From NCBI GenBank assembly GCA_023473585.1, contig JAMCYU010000009.1:19487-83486 (forward strand): a stretch of DNA of 64,000 nt, in the 5' to 3' direction. The stretch is from Patescibacteria group bacterium (lineage in GTDB: Bacteria; Patescibacteriota; Microgenomatia; JAMCYU01). The notes under the pieces were generated by a model, which saw only the letters and a list, made by a program, of their open reading frames with translations, searched no databases and was not told the origin of the DNA. Shown one piece after another: positions 1 through 10,343 of the stretch (the first letter of the stretch is position 1; each line of letters opens with the position of its first letter). Both the position numbers and the translations under genes were made by a program.

Positions 1-553
1 ATATATTTGGCCATATCGCCAAAACACTCATCAATAGAACCAAAGCCGGATTCAGAACCGTATAAAGAAAACCAGGGGGTCCAGACATGGGCCGGAATAA
101 TCAAAGCTTTCTCGTCAACCGATAAAATAATTTTGACCAAATCCGAAGCCGGAATACCGGTAATCGGCCGACCGTCGGCAATTAAATTGACGCCTCTTTT
201 TGTTAATTCCTGGTTAATTTTTTCGGCCGTCTCAATTGAGGGCGCTAAAACAACATTATGAATACGATGTCCCTTGCCGTTTTGCGAATAGATACTGGAA
301 ATTTCGGTAGATAAGATAAATAATGGATCAGCCGCGCGGGAATCGGAATTACTTTTTAATCTAAAAAATCCTTCCGTTACTTCTTCTAAATTGGCTTTGA
401 TTTCTCGCAACCACAAAGGGTGAGTCCAATCACCGGTGGCGACCAAACCTATCCCCTTTTGAGAGGCCCAATGGCTAATTTGCGGTAAGGTCATTTCCTG
501 CGAAACCGCGCGCGAGTACTTAGAATGCAGATGTAAATCGGCAATAAATTTCA
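1..553 (-). CDS. PHP-domain metal-dependent phosphoesterase (partial; C-terminus runs off the window start)
   Basis: Reverse complement of 481-553 reads ATG AAA TTT ATT GCC GAT TTA CAT CTG CAT TCT AAG TAC TCG CGC GCG = MKFIADLHLHSKYSRA. This is the typical N-terminus of PHP (polymerase/histidinol-phosphatase) domain proteins. The ORF stays open to position 1. Confidence 0.55.
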
Positions 554-557
554 TATT

Positions 558-1112
558 TCAAAAGATCAACGAAGCCGAAACAAACAAAAACATCCCCAGT
601 GTATGAGAAATCCAGGCAATGATAATAAATTTCCGGATATTCATTTGCGAAACACCTAAAAGACTGACGCCCAGCTCGTCGGGTAAGGGCGAAATAATGA
701 TGATGGCCCCCAGAACCGGTAGCGTCCAACCAAAATAACGGGTATGCAGAATTTTTTTCAAATGACTGCCGGTAATCTCGTTATAAATCGGTTCAATTTC
801 AGTATCAATTTCGTCTTTCACGAAACGAAAAATAATTAAATCTCCCAAAACGGCTCCTAAACCAGCCAATAAAATAATCTCCAGGGGCAATAAAGTTTGA
901 GCTAAAGTCATTAAAATTAAAGCACCGGTGGCAATGGTGAAAGTGGAAACAAACAAAGCTCCTGCCAAAATGGCGCTAAAATAGCCATAGCTTCCTAAAC
1001 CAATAAAAAAATCATGAAACCATTTATTTTGACTGAAAAACCAAGCCAGTAAGATTCCCAAAAGAAAAAAGATAAGATTTTTATGCTTCCAATGAAATAA
1101 AAAAGTCATCAA
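558..1112 (-). CDS. polytopic membrane protein, possibly DedA/SNARE-associated (VTT) family
   Basis: 184-aa ORF with 4-5 hydrophobic segments and a PLPDELGV-like motif. The family assignment is weak. Confidence 0.35.
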   Translation of the reverse strand: MMTFLFHWKHKNLIFFLLGILLAWFFSQNKWFHDFFIGLGSYGYFSAILAGALFVSTFTIATGALILMTLAQTLLPLEIILLAGLGAVLGDLIIFRFVKDEIDTEIEPIYNEITGSHLKKILHTRYFGWTLPVLGAIIIISPLPDELGVSLLGVSQMNIRKFIIIAWISHTLGMFLFVSASLIF

Positions 1113-1141
1113 CTAAAGTATAACAGAAATCTTAATTCACG

Positions 1142-2893
1142 CTAGTGGAGAACAGATTTATTTTGCCTTATATACATTTTATTAAGCTCGTCAAGCGAGG
1201 TCGCGTCTTCGGGCGTCTTATCATCCCTAAAGTCCACCAAACGCGGAAATCTAAGGGCCAGTTTGGCCGTATGAATTGGTGATTTTGTGATCTCGTCAGC
1301 TTTGATAACGGTCATCAGTTTCGGTTCAACCCAGACATCACAATCCATCCCCTTATTGACATCATATCTCGTCGGTTTAGTTTTTAGTGTTAAGTTTTTC
1401 GTGTTAAGTTTCAAAGTTTTCCATTCTTCATCAGTCAATCCGGTACCGATTTTAGCAACCGTCTTGAAGGTATCGGATTTTTGATCATAAACCCCGATTA
1501 AAAAGTCGCCAATGCCAAAAGTATTCCTCTTTCCCTGTCCAAAGTCATAACCCATCACAAGCGCGTCAATGGTATCGTCAATTTTTCCAGAGTATGATTT
1601 TTTGTATTTGATCCAATTCCAGCTTCTGGCGCCGGCCTGATAAACGCCGTCCAGTTTTTTGGCCATCACTCCTTCCAACCCCTTATCAATCGCCTCTTGA
1701 AAGAGAAATTCGATTTGTTCCGGCTTTTCCGCGATCGTCATTTCCGACAAAATTAAAGTTTCCCCTTTGCCTAAAATTTTCTCCAAAAATTTTCTTCTTT
1801 CCAAAAAACCAAGACCGATTAAGTTTTGACCGTCAACATACAGACAATCAAAACAAATCAACCTTAGGGGCACGCTTTCGGCTGTTTTTTCAATATCATA
1901 TTTCCTTTTTCTCTGCACCGTTTCCTGAAAAGGCAAGTATTCACCTGTTTTGGGGTTATAGGCAATCGCCTCGCCTTCAAAAATGGCTTCATCGACTTTA
2001 ATCTGTTTTTCTACTCCCCGGACAAGATCAGGAAACATCAAGGTCGTATTTTCCATATTTCTCGAAAAAAGGGTAATTTTTAAGTCTTGAGTGTTATGTT
2101 TTAAGTTTTTGGCGTGAACCGCCACTCTAAAGCCGTCAATCTTTCCCTCAATGGCGCATTGACCGATTTGTTTAATGATTTCCTCCCCTGAGGAAAGTCG
2201 TTCCGCCCGCGCCATCATGATTGGCGTTCCCACTTCCGGCTCGACCTTTTTTAAACCACCTAAACCGTCTTTTTTAATAACTTTGGCGATAAACCCGAGG
2301 TCGGGTCTGACGTTAAAAGCCTTTTCAATTTCTTTTCTTTTCTCTTTTGTCCCCGAAACCATCCAGGACAAAGCGTCTAAAACCGTCATGTCGGAAAAAC
2401 CTAACCGCATTTTCGCCAGAGGGATGCGAACCAAATAACGAACCGAAAGAGGATCGGCGTTTTCAATTAGAAAACCAAGCATTTTAATTTTTGCCTCCTG
2501 AGATCCTTCACCGGAAAATTTCGCAATTTTCTCTAATTTTTCAAAAACCTCACCGATCTCTAAAGCCCTAACGGCATTAATAAGACGCAGGTTTTGAGCT
2601 TTGAGCTTTGAGGCGGTAATCCCCAAATCACCCTCATTTTTATAGGTTTTCTCGACTTCGCCGGCCGAAATTCCTAAGCCGTCGGCAATCGCCCGAATCA
2701 TCATCCGATCTGCCACCCCGAATTCCAAAGGCACGAAAAGAGGCGCAACTCGACCCTGGGTTAGATAACAGATTTTGTCGATTTCCGTAGCCGGTGATTG
2801 ACCTAGGAGTTCTGCTAGAATTTCGGTCATGGTGTTACGCGAAGAAGTCTGTTCTAGTTTTTGAAAATATGAAGCCAGTTTCGCAAATTTCAT
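1142..2893 (-). CDS. lig: ATP-dependent DNA ligase (archaeal/eukaryotic type)
   Basis: 583 aa. KxDG adenylation motif (EGKIDGFRV), LEGVMAK motif, and an OB-fold C-terminal region. Confidence 0.9.
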   Translation of the reverse strand: MKFAKLASYFQKLEQTSSRNTMTEILAELLGQSPATEIDKICYLTQGRVAPLFVPLEFGVADRMMIRAIADGLGISAGEVEKTYKNEGDLGITASKLKAQNLRLINAVRALEIGEVFEKLEKIAKFSGEGSQEAKIKMLGFLIENADPLSVRYLVRIPLAKMRLGFSDMTVLDALSWMVSGTKEKRKEIEKAFNVRPDLGFIAKVIKKDGLGGLKKVEPEVGTPIMMARAERLSSGEEIIKQIGQCAIEGKIDGFRVAVHAKNLKHNTQDLKITLFSRNMENTTLMFPDLVRGVEKQIKVDEAIFEGEAIAYNPKTGEYLPFQETVQRKRKYDIEKTAESVPLRLICFDCLYVDGQNLIGLGFLERRKFLEKILGKGETLILSEMTIAEKPEQIEFLFQEAIDKGLEGVMAKKLDGVYQAGARSWNWIKYKKSYSGKIDDTIDALVMGYDFGQGKRNTFGIGDFLIGVYDQKSDTFKTVAKIGTGLTDEEWKTLKLNTKNLTLKTKPTRYDVNKGMDCDVWVEPKLMTVIKADEITKSPIHTAKLALRFPRLVDFRDDKTPEDATSLDELNKMYIRQNKSVLH

Positions 2894-3072
2894 CTTAAAA
2901 TAAAGAAGTACGTCCCTAAAATAATCAGCAAAAAGATCAAACCAAAAAAAAGGCTTGTCCAGCCGGATTCTTGACGTAAAATCTTATGTAAACCTTCAAC
3001 GACTAAAGTCAAGGCAAAAAGACTCGGCAATACCAGAGCAACATAGATAAATTCCGGTTGATTAGGATTCAT
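2890..3072 (-). CDS. small membrane protein (2 TM)
   Basis: 60-aa hydrophobic ORF that overlaps the ligase start by 4 nt. Confidence 0.3.
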   Translation of the reverse strand: MNPNQPEFIYVALVLPSLFALTLVVEGLHKILRQESGWTSLFFGLIFLLIILGTYFFILR

Positions 3073-3073
3073 T

Positions 3074-4189
3074 TTAGCCCTTTAAAATATAACGGGCGGC
3101 TTTCGTTGTTCCCTCTTTCTTGATTATACCTTTCTTGAGCAAATCTTTTAAGTCCCGTAAAATCGTGTCTTCGGAAATCATCGGCAAAAGCTCGGCAAAT
3201 TGCTTGTTTTGTAAGAAACCGACTTTTTGAATATGGTCAATAATTTTCATCTGTCTTTCTGATAGGGCTATTTGTGTTCCGCCGATTTTTTCTTTAAGTT
3301 TTAAATCAATCGAAAGACTCTGGACTTTTTCTTTGATTCTGGTAAGCTCGATCGCCAAGCCTTCGGTAAAATAATCCAACCAATCCGTTAGGTCATAATT
3401 CTCTTCCGGTTTAACCGATTGCAAGGCCGCGTAGTACCGGCTCGCATCCTGATCGTAATGCTCCTCTAGTGAAAAAAACTTTTTGATATCATAGCCTTCT
3501 TTAAAAAGGACTAAAGTGGCGACCGCCCTGGCCACCCGGCCATTGCCGTCTAAAAAGGGATGAATTCTAACGAGTTCATAATGGGTCACTCCTGCCTTCA
3601 AAACCGGATGAATCTCTTTTTCCTGCCTTAACCACTCAATAAAATCATCAACTTGATAAGGAACCTCAAGGGCGGGTGGCGGACGGAAAACGACTTCCTG
3701 GGTTTGGGAATTTTTGACCACCACCTGTTTAGTTCTAAATTGACCGCACTCTCCCGCTTCAAGAATCTTCTCCGTGGTTAATTTATGCATGGTCTTAATC
3801 GTTTCCGCCGCAATTTCCCCGGTAAAGGAATCAATAAAACGCAAAACCTGGCGGTAATTGATGACTTCCTGAATATCCCGGTCGCGGCCAACAATTTCTT
3901 TGCCTTCTAAAACCTGCGCGGCTTCCGTAAAGTTCAACTCATTGCCTTCAATATGGGTTCCGTAGTGAACGGTACGCAAAATCGCTTCGTCCCGGAATTT
4001 CTTTTCCCAGGCCGGCACCAGGGGGGCGTTCATAATGACTTCCCTGGCGGCTTCGGTTATCCCAATATTTTTGAGGATTTTGTTACTAATCGAATATTTC
4101 GGCGTGTACATCGCTTGCTTATTTTCGCATAATTCCCGCAAAAAAACAACAGGAATTGGTAAGGGATGACGTGTGACAATTTTTGACAA
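3074..4189 (-). CDS. Fic/Doc family protein (putative AMPylator) with C-terminal wHTH
   Basis: Canonical Fic motif HPFLDGNGRVARAV within a 371-aa ORF. Confidence 0.85.
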   Translation of the reverse strand: MSKIVTRHPLPIPVVFLRELCENKQAMYTPKYSISNKILKNIGITEAAREVIMNAPLVPAWEKKFRDEAILRTVHYGTHIEGNELNFTEAAQVLEGKEIVGRDRDIQEVINYRQVLRFIDSFTGEIAAETIKTMHKLTTEKILEAGECGQFRTKQVVVKNSQTQEVVFRPPPALEVPYQVDDFIEWLRQEKEIHPVLKAGVTHYELVRIHPFLDGNGRVARAVATLVLFKEGYDIKKFFSLEEHYDQDASRYYAALQSVKPEENYDLTDWLDYFTEGLAIELTRIKEKVQSLSIDLKLKEKIGGTQIALSERQMKIIDHIQKVGFLQNKQFAELLPMISEDTILRDLKDLLKKGIIKKEGTTKAARYILKG

Positions 4190-4303
4190 CCCCGCCCTTA
4201 CGCCTCATACCTATTCTTGTCCTGAAAACTTCGTGCTAGTGCACGAGACAATGATTCATCTAAAGACAACGCGGGGTGAAAAAATTCGTCACCGTCAGCC
4301 CAG

Positions 4304-5104
4304 TCATCGTGCCATTAGTTCTTTCATTGTCTGGGGAATTTGCTCGGCTAAATCCGAAGCGTTATAGTAAAAACCAACCCTGGCTGCCAATTCTTCTCCG
4401 GCCTTCTTATTGATTAAAGAGGCGCCGCAGGCCGCCAAAAACAAATCATTTTTACAGGCTAAGGCCGCGGCTAAACCGGCCAAAACATCACCCGTACCGC
4501 CCTTTGTCATCCCCTGGTTACCGCCTTCGCAAATTTTACATTCTTTCGGAGAACAGATTAAATCCCGCTGACCCTTAAAAAGAATCGTACAGCCATATTT
4601 TTGCGCCATGGCTTTAATATTTTCTTCTTTCGCTTCCATTTTGAAAAGAGTGGCAAATTCTTTTTGGTGAGGTGTCAATAAACAATTTTTATTAAGCCAA
4701 CTCGCTTCCATTTCCGTCAGGCTACCGGCATCAACCACCCATTTCTTTTGCGGATATTTCGTCAATAACTTTCCGGTTATTTCTTTTGTCCCGGGCTCGC
4801 GCATTAAACCAGGCCCGATCAGGATAGCGTCGGACTCCTCAATGTAGCTTTCGACTTCTTCTCTGGGCAGAGTGATAAAATCAAAAATCTCGGCCCTAAG
4901 CGTTTTCGTTAGCTCATTATTTTCAGGAATGGAAGCGTAAAAAACCATATCCACGATTCTTGAGGCCACTTTTAAAGCCCACAAAGAGGCGCCGTGAAAA
5001 AGTTTAGAACCGCCGATAATGGTTAACTTCCCGTTTTCGCCTTTGTGCGATTCTTTACCTGCTAGATAAAGTTTTTTTAAATCCTCAATCGTCACTTTTT
5101 CCAT
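4304..5104 (-). CDS. nnrD: ADP-dependent (S)-NAD(P)H-hydrate dehydratase (YjeF C-terminal/carbohydrate kinase-like)
   Basis: GGTGDVLAGLAAALA motif near the C-terminus and GGSKLFHGA near the N-terminus. Confidence 0.7.
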   Translation of the reverse strand: MEKVTIEDLKKLYLAGKESHKGENGKLTIIGGSKLFHGASLWALKVASRIVDMVFYASIPENNELTKTLRAEIFDFITLPREEVESYIEESDAILIGPGLMREPGTKEITGKLLTKYPQKKWVVDAGSLTEMEASWLNKNCLLTPHQKEFATLFKMEAKEENIKAMAQKYGCTILFKGQRDLICSPKECKICEGGNQGMTKGGTGDVLAGLAAALACKNDLFLAACGASLINKKAGEELAARVGFYYNASDLAEQIPQTMKELMAR

Positions 5105-5107
5105 AAA

Positions 5108-6181
5108 TCAACCTAATTCTATCACTTTTATTTGATCCTGATAATTTTTTTCGACCAAATGTAAATCGGTCGTCGTCATAATCGTTTGCTGCCGGGGAAT
5201 AATTTCCAAAACATAATGACGGTGCTCATGGTCCAACTCGGAGAAAATATCGTCCAAAAGCAAAATTGGCCTTTCGCCGGTTTTGACCGTCATGTATTCC
5301 AGCTCGGCCAATTTAAGCCATAAAATCGCCATGCGCTGTTCTCCCCGAGAACCAAAAAGCGAAAGATCTCTACTTCCCAGCAAGAATTTAAAATCGTCAC
5401 GGTGGGGTCCAACCAAAGTCGCCGCGGCGGCCACTTCCTCTTGAGCATATTGTTCTAACCGCGAGTCAGAAATAACACTTTTGTCGTATTCGATCTGGAA
5501 TGGCTTGCCTTTGGCGATTTCGGCCAAAACCGAAGATCGGTTAAAAAAATTAAGAAACTCAATCCTTTTATCAGTTAAGAGCGAACCATTCCTTATCAGA
5601 AGCTGGTCCCAAAAAAGTAACTGACTTCTGGAAAGACCTTCGTCTCTAATCCTTTCTAAAAGTTTATTTCTCTGCCGCAAGCCTTTCTCGTAAGACAAAA
5701 GAGACCGCCTGTATTCCCTGTCAATTTGCGTTAAAACAAAATCTAAATATCTTCGGCGCCTTGAGGGTGAGTCGGTCACCAGCTCCATATCTTCCGGCCA
5801 AAACAAAACAACGCGCGTGAAACCGACAAAATCAATCATTCTTCTGCTGACACCGTTGACGAAATATTTTTTATGGGGTGTCGGCTGCCCAGCGACCTGA
5901 CCGGCAGTTAAAAGGATTTCCAGATCCGTTTTTCCCTCACTTTTGTCATCTTTTGATACTGTTTGATATTTTATTCTCGCCAACTCCTCTCCTTCTTTAA
6001 TCATCTCTTTTTCTGTTTCCGCCCGAAAACTTTTGCCGGTAGCCAAAAGATGAATCGCCTCTAAAATATTAGTCTTTCCGGCGGTATTCGGCCCGAGGAT
6101 TAAACTTGTTTTAGGAGAAAAAACAAAGGCTTTTTCTTTAAAACTTCTGAAGTTTTTAAGGCTTAATTTATCTAAATACAT
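5108..6181 (-). CDS. recF: DNA replication and repair protein RecF
   Basis: N-terminal LKNFRSF...GPNTAGKTNILEAI Walker A of the RecF/SMC-like family and a C-terminal LLLDDIFSELD signature. Confidence 0.85.
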   Translation of the reverse strand: MYLDKLSLKNFRSFKEKAFVFSPKTSLILGPNTAGKTNILEAIHLLATGKSFRAETEKEMIKEGEELARIKYQTVSKDDKSEGKTDLEILLTAGQVAGQPTPHKKYFVNGVSRRMIDFVGFTRVVLFWPEDMELVTDSPSRRRRYLDFVLTQIDREYRRSLLSYEKGLRQRNKLLERIRDEGLSRSQLLFWDQLLIRNGSLLTDKRIEFLNFFNRSSVLAEIAKGKPFQIEYDKSVISDSRLEQYAQEEVAAAATLVGPHRDDFKFLLGSRDLSLFGSRGEQRMAILWLKLAELEYMTVKTGERPILLLDDIFSELDHEHRHYVLEIIPRQQTIMTTTDLHLVEKNYQDQIKVIELG

Positions 6182-7500
6182 TACTTTTTCTTCTCAAGCA
6201 GAAAAAGAGTTTCCATAAAAACAGGAAGGCTTGGATAAAATTTTTCTGCGGGTTTTAGGTTAAGTTCTTTCCAAAATTTATACCACCAGTTTTTCCCAAA
6301 AACAGAAACGTGAGAAATATCCGGACCATGAAAATGTTTAATCCATTGATTCTCGGTCGTAAAGATTTTATGTAAAACAAATTTCTGAGCCACCCGATTA
6401 CATTCTAAAACCGCTACTTTTAAATCTTCGGTCGGAACATGTTCCAAAACATCGGCTGTCGTTACGACCTCAAAAGAACTGTCTTTGTAGGGTAAAGACA
6501 TAATATTCCCCATTTTTAAGTATTTTTTAACTTGCGGTCTGGCCTTGGATAAAAGATACTGACTAATTTCCAATCCTTGAGCTTCAACCCCTAATAACCT
6601 TAAAAAATAAACCATTTGCCCGGTTCCGCAACCCACATCCAAAAGCGTCTTGGGATTTAGAAGTAATTTAATCTTTATCGCCCGGTAAATATCCCTTAAT
6701 ATGCGCCGAAATTTAACAAAAGAGTCAGTTGTATAGCCTTTTCTTTCGCCGCTTTTACCTCCCTCAAAATAAGCCTGATTATAAAAAGAGGCATCAATTT
6801 GAAAAGGAGCAATAACCGTGCCGGTAAATTTTTTACCCTCAAAAACTTTTTCCAAATTTTCCAAATTATCACCCCGCAGGACAACAACGGTTAAACCTAT
6901 TTTTTGGGCTAATTTTGAAGCTATGGGATCAAAAGGAGTGTTCAAACCGGGGTTCCAAACATCACCGACTAGCGTACGAAAATACTCCCAAGAGGTTCGT
7001 TCAATCGGCGTCGCGTCCTTAAATTTAGCCGGATCCTTATCATAAACCATATCAATATTGGAAAGGTTAATTAAGGTTTTGGATTTATAATCTCTTGCCA
7101 ATAAAACCGCGTTATAATCAGTTGACCATCCCGGTTTCCAACCAGAACAAATAATGACTGGATAAGTGTCCGTGTCATATTTGACATCATATTTATCAAT
7201 AACTCGAGGGTGAGCTAGGTCTTTAAAGATAGTCCGTAGAAGATGAGCGTTAATTCTTGTCGCATGAACACCTAACCAGTCAAGATCGTCATCGGTTAAT
7301 TTTTTCCCCATCACCGCCTGGCCGGCATCGCGATAATGCCTGGCAATTCTGCCGCCGCCGCAAACGATAAAAAATCGCTTGCCAAGGCTGACGTGTTTTC
7401 TGATAAAATCATTAAATTTTTTGAGGAATTCGGTATTAATACCACCATTAGGGACGATTAAAGAACCACCCAATGAGATAATTATAAATTCTTTTTTCAT
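6181..7500 (-). CDS. pyrH: fusion protein: archaeal-type UMP kinase (PyrH) domain + class I SAM-dependent methyltransferase domain
   Basis: N-terminal half LGGSLIVPNGG...IVCGGGRIARHY is an amino-acid-kinase fold of the UMP kinase type. C-terminal half carries LDVGCGTG (motif I) and ADVLEHV. I moved the start to MKKEFII (7500), directly after the upstream gene's stop at 7508. Confidence 0.6.
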   Translation of the reverse strand: MKKEFIIISLGGSLIVPNGGINTEFLKKFNDFIRKHVSLGKRFFIVCGGGRIARHYRDAGQAVMGKKLTDDDLDWLGVHATRINAHLLRTIFKDLAHPRVIDKYDVKYDTDTYPVIICSGWKPGWSTDYNAVLLARDYKSKTLINLSNIDMVYDKDPAKFKDATPIERTSWEYFRTLVGDVWNPGLNTPFDPIASKLAQKIGLTVVVLRGDNLENLEKVFEGKKFTGTVIAPFQIDASFYNQAYFEGGKSGERKGYTTDSFVKFRRILRDIYRAIKIKLLLNPKTLLDVGCGTGQMVYFLRLLGVEAQGLEISQYLLSKARPQVKKYLKMGNIMSLPYKDSSFEVVTTADVLEHVPTEDLKVAVLECNRVAQKFVLHKIFTTENQWIKHFHGPDISHVSVFGKNWWYKFWKELNLKPAEKFYPSLPVFMETLFLLEKKK

Positions 7501-7507
7501 TTTGGTT

Positions 7508-8371
7508 TCAAACAGTAATCGGCCTCGTCTGAAGAAGATAAATTTTTTCTTTTTGGGCCGCCCATTCAAGATCCTGGGGTTTTTGGTAAAAATTCTCAAT
7601 TAAAAGCCCAAGGCTTGCCAATTGAAAAACTTCTTCGTCATTAAGAACCGGTTTATGGCTTTTTAATTTCCGCTGAATAATTTTTAAGTCCGTTTTTTCA
7701 ACCACAAATCTATCTGGCTCAACGATTCCGTCAACAACCTGTGTTCCTAAACCCCTGGCCGCCTCAATAATAATCAATCTTTCGTCGTCTCGCAAGACGT
7801 CTTTAGTAAAGATAACTCCTCCTTTTTCTGCGTTAATCATTTCTTGAACTAAAACCGCCATCTTAATTTCATGCATGGGAATTTGGTGATATAAAGTGTA
7901 AGCAACAACTCTCTCTTCATATAAAGAAGACCAACAGGTTTTGATAAAGTCGAAAACTTTTTCCTCTTTAATGTTTAAATAGCTTTCAAATTGACCGGCA
8001 AAAGAAGCGAAAGCAAGATCTTCGGAAGTAGCCGAAGAGCGAACGGCCAATCTTTTTAATTTATTTTTAAAAATTTCTTGGTTAATTTGTTCTTTTAAAT
8101 TCTTGGGAAACTCTCCTTTTTTAATTTTCCTTTTAAGTTCACGACAAATGTTTTCAAGAATACTTCTGTCATTTTGCAGAGAAAGCCGTTCCAGAAGATA
8201 ACCTAGATTATTTTTCTCAAAAAAAAGATCAAAAGCGACGGTGGTTAAAACAAAGGCGCCGGGAACGGGCAAATCACGGCTAATTAATTGCGCTAGACGA
8301 AAAGCCTTAGCGCCCACAATCGGTTCATCTTTCTTCTTTACGGCCGGAAGAGGTAAAACTAGAGGCATCAT
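7508..8371 (-). CDS. PEP/pyruvate-binding (PPDK_N-like ATP-grasp) domain protein
   Basis: GAKAFRLAQLISRDLPVPGAFVLTT resembles the N-terminal nucleotide-binding domain of PEP synthase / pyruvate phosphate dikinase. Confidence 0.5.
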   Translation of the reverse strand: MMPLVLPLPAVKKKDEPIVGAKAFRLAQLISRDLPVPGAFVLTTVAFDLFFEKNNLGYLLERLSLQNDRSILENICRELKRKIKKGEFPKNLKEQINQEIFKNKLKRLAVRSSATSEDLAFASFAGQFESYLNIKEEKVFDFIKTCWSSLYEERVVAYTLYHQIPMHEIKMAVLVQEMINAEKGGVIFTKDVLRDDERLIIIEAARGLGTQVVDGIVEPDRFVVEKTDLKIIQRKLKSHKPVLNDEEVFQLASLGLLIENFYQKPQDLEWAAQKEKIYLLQTRPITV

Positions 8372-9477
8372 AGTCTTTTAACTGCTAATTCTCCATTTTT
8401 TGTTTCAACCAGCACCTTATCTTTGTCCTTAAAAATTTGGTTACCTATAAAAACAACGAGATGACCAGTCTCCCGAAAAATAGTGGCCGCATGGCCGGTG
8501 CTGGCTGAACCAGGGTAAAGAATGATTTTTTTGTCCTGACTGTTGGTAGCAAGAAAGGTTAAAAGATTCATTTGTCTTTTTTTGATGACTATCGGATCTA
8601 CAAAGATAATTCTTTGCTCCTTACCGATTTTAGGCAAATCACTTTTTGTATTAAGACGAAAGACACTTCCCTCTTCTTTGAGGTGGGGCGCCTTCTCTTT
8701 AGTTAAAAGGAAAGGAATACATTCCCTGAAAAAAAGGCCCTCTCTTTCAAAAGCAAACTCCATCCGATGAGGCCCGTAAGTTTTAACAAAATGTTTGAAA
8801 TAAGAAATTACCTGGAGAATTTGTTTGTCGGAAAACACAGCTTTGTTCCATAAATTTCTGGGAATTTTTAGGCTTCTAATCATTAAATCATTATTTACCT
8901 CCAGGTCTTCTTTCTTCTCCGCCACTACTTTTTCTAGAATCTTTTCCGTTTCGAAATCGACAATATAAAAATCATGAGGAAAACTTTGAACCCCTTCATC
9001 CAAACCATAAATAGCTTCAATAATAACCTTTTGCTGGCTGTTGGAAAGAGTCAAGCAACCGCCGCCGAAGGGGGCCTTAGGATCAATCCAGGGATGAATA
9101 ATGACTCCAATTTTAGCGCCTTTCTTATTGTATCGACTTTGGCAGGCAAAATTATAGAGCTTTTCTACGCCTTTAATCATGTCTTTGGCGCTTCTTACTA
9201 CCGAGTAGGGGCCGGGAGGATTGGTAAAACCGGGAACAGAGAAAGCCCGACCGACATAAAATCCCCGCCGAGGATATTTCTTCTTTAAGTTAAAAAAAAC
9301 CGCCTCAATCTCTTTTTGAAGCGGTTCTGTTATTCCCTTCTTTTCACAAAGAAGAAAGGCTTGATTGTCAATAATCTTAACGTCAGGAATTGGCAATCTT
9401 GCTTTGGCTAATTTTTTAAATCCCTCAACTCTTTCCGTTTTAATTGAGGATTCTAATAAATCTTTGACGTATTTCAT
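8368..9477 (-). CDS. PEP-utilising-enzyme mobile (swivel His) domain protein
   Basis: C-terminus GSASTGHAATIFRETGHLVVFIG matches the phospho-histidine swivel domain. There is a 4-nt ATGA overlap with the downstream gene. Confidence 0.5.
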   Translation of the reverse strand: MKYVKDLLESSIKTERVEGFKKLAKARLPIPDVKIIDNQAFLLCEKKGITEPLQKEIEAVFFNLKKKYPRRGFYVGRAFSVPGFTNPPGPYSVVRSAKDMIKGVEKLYNFACQSRYNKKGAKIGVIIHPWIDPKAPFGGGCLTLSNSQQKVIIEAIYGLDEGVQSFPHDFYIVDFETEKILEKVVAEKKEDLEVNNDLMIRSLKIPRNLWNKAVFSDKQILQVISYFKHFVKTYGPHRMEFAFEREGLFFRECIPFLLTKEKAPHLKEEGSVFRLNTKSDLPKIGKEQRIIFVDPIVIKKRQMNLLTFLATNSQDKKIILYPGSASTGHAATIFRETGHLVVFIGNQIFKDKDKVLVETKNGELAVKRL

Positions 9478-9586
9478 TGGGCTTTAAAAATCCCACCATA
9501 TTGGTGGACTGAAATATCTTACATAATCAATGAGTTTTTGTCAAATAGCTGTGCTGAATATCGTAAGACTTTATTTTAATCGTTCC

Positions 9587-10294
9587 TTATAAAGTCAGCC
9601 TTCTGCTCCTCTCTAACCATTCTTTTTTTATTAAAGCAGCTTGTTCGGGAACATAGTCCCAATGAGAAGCTTTTGTAATATGAGCTCCTCTGGGAACAAC
9701 CAGCTTATTATGATGACCGTCGATAATGATCGTGCTCATCCTTAAGTTTTCGGCTAAGTCCACATTATCATCTATCATCAAATGGGCTCCCAATTTTCCT
9801 ATTTTTTCTTGTTTCCAGATTTTTTCTTGAGGGGTTAAAAGTAAATGGGCCGGCATACATATAACTTCAGCTTCGGGATAACCATTATTTCTTAACCACT
9901 CAACCGTAGTTTGGTAAACGCCATCAGGCCTGCTCGTCACATAGGCAATAAGCCTACCAATCTCTGTCAGTCTCCAAAGTCCTTTAACCGATCCCTCAAC
10001 TGTTCTATGATTCTTGACAAATTCGGAATTACAGCGCAAGTCATTCATAACTTGAGAGAGTTCTTTAGCAAAAGAACACCACGCGGGAACATTTTGAACA
10101 TAACCGTGAACCGCTACTTCTTCTGGAGTTAAATTTGTCCCAAAGCGCGCGTTGAGAAGAGGGATATAGTCTCCCCACGAATCGGCTAGGGTCTCATCAA
10201 TGTCACAAACAATCCTAAAGCTGTTTTCTAACTCGTGAGAGGGAATAAGTTCTGACGTAATCGGTAAGATAAAATCTTCTTTTTTTGTCATCAT
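9587..10294 (-). CDS. HAD-superfamily hydrolase, 5'(3')-deoxyribonucleotidase-like
   Basis: DxDxT motif (CDIDETLADSW) at the N-terminus, as in NT5C-type nucleotidases. Confidence 0.55.
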   Translation of the reverse strand: MMTKKEDFILPITSELIPSHELENSFRIVCDIDETLADSWGDYIPLLNARFGTNLTPEEVAVHGYVQNVPAWCSFAKELSQVMNDLRCNSEFVKNHRTVEGSVKGLWRLTEIGRLIAYVTSRPDGVYQTTVEWLRNNGYPEAEVICMPAHLLLTPQEKIWKQEKIGKLGAHLMIDDNVDLAENLRMSTIIIDGHHNKLVVPRGAHITKASHWDYVPEQAALIKKEWLERSRRLTL

Positions 10295-10343
10295 AGAAAA
10301 GAAATTCTATTCTAGTCCGAAAACCAAAAACTAGCAAGTTTTA

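Noticed and set aside
7-261. 84-aa plus-strand ORF at the window start
   Set aside because: It lies antisense to the PHP-domain gene, which has a clear N-terminal signature on the minus strand. I treat it as an antisense artefact.
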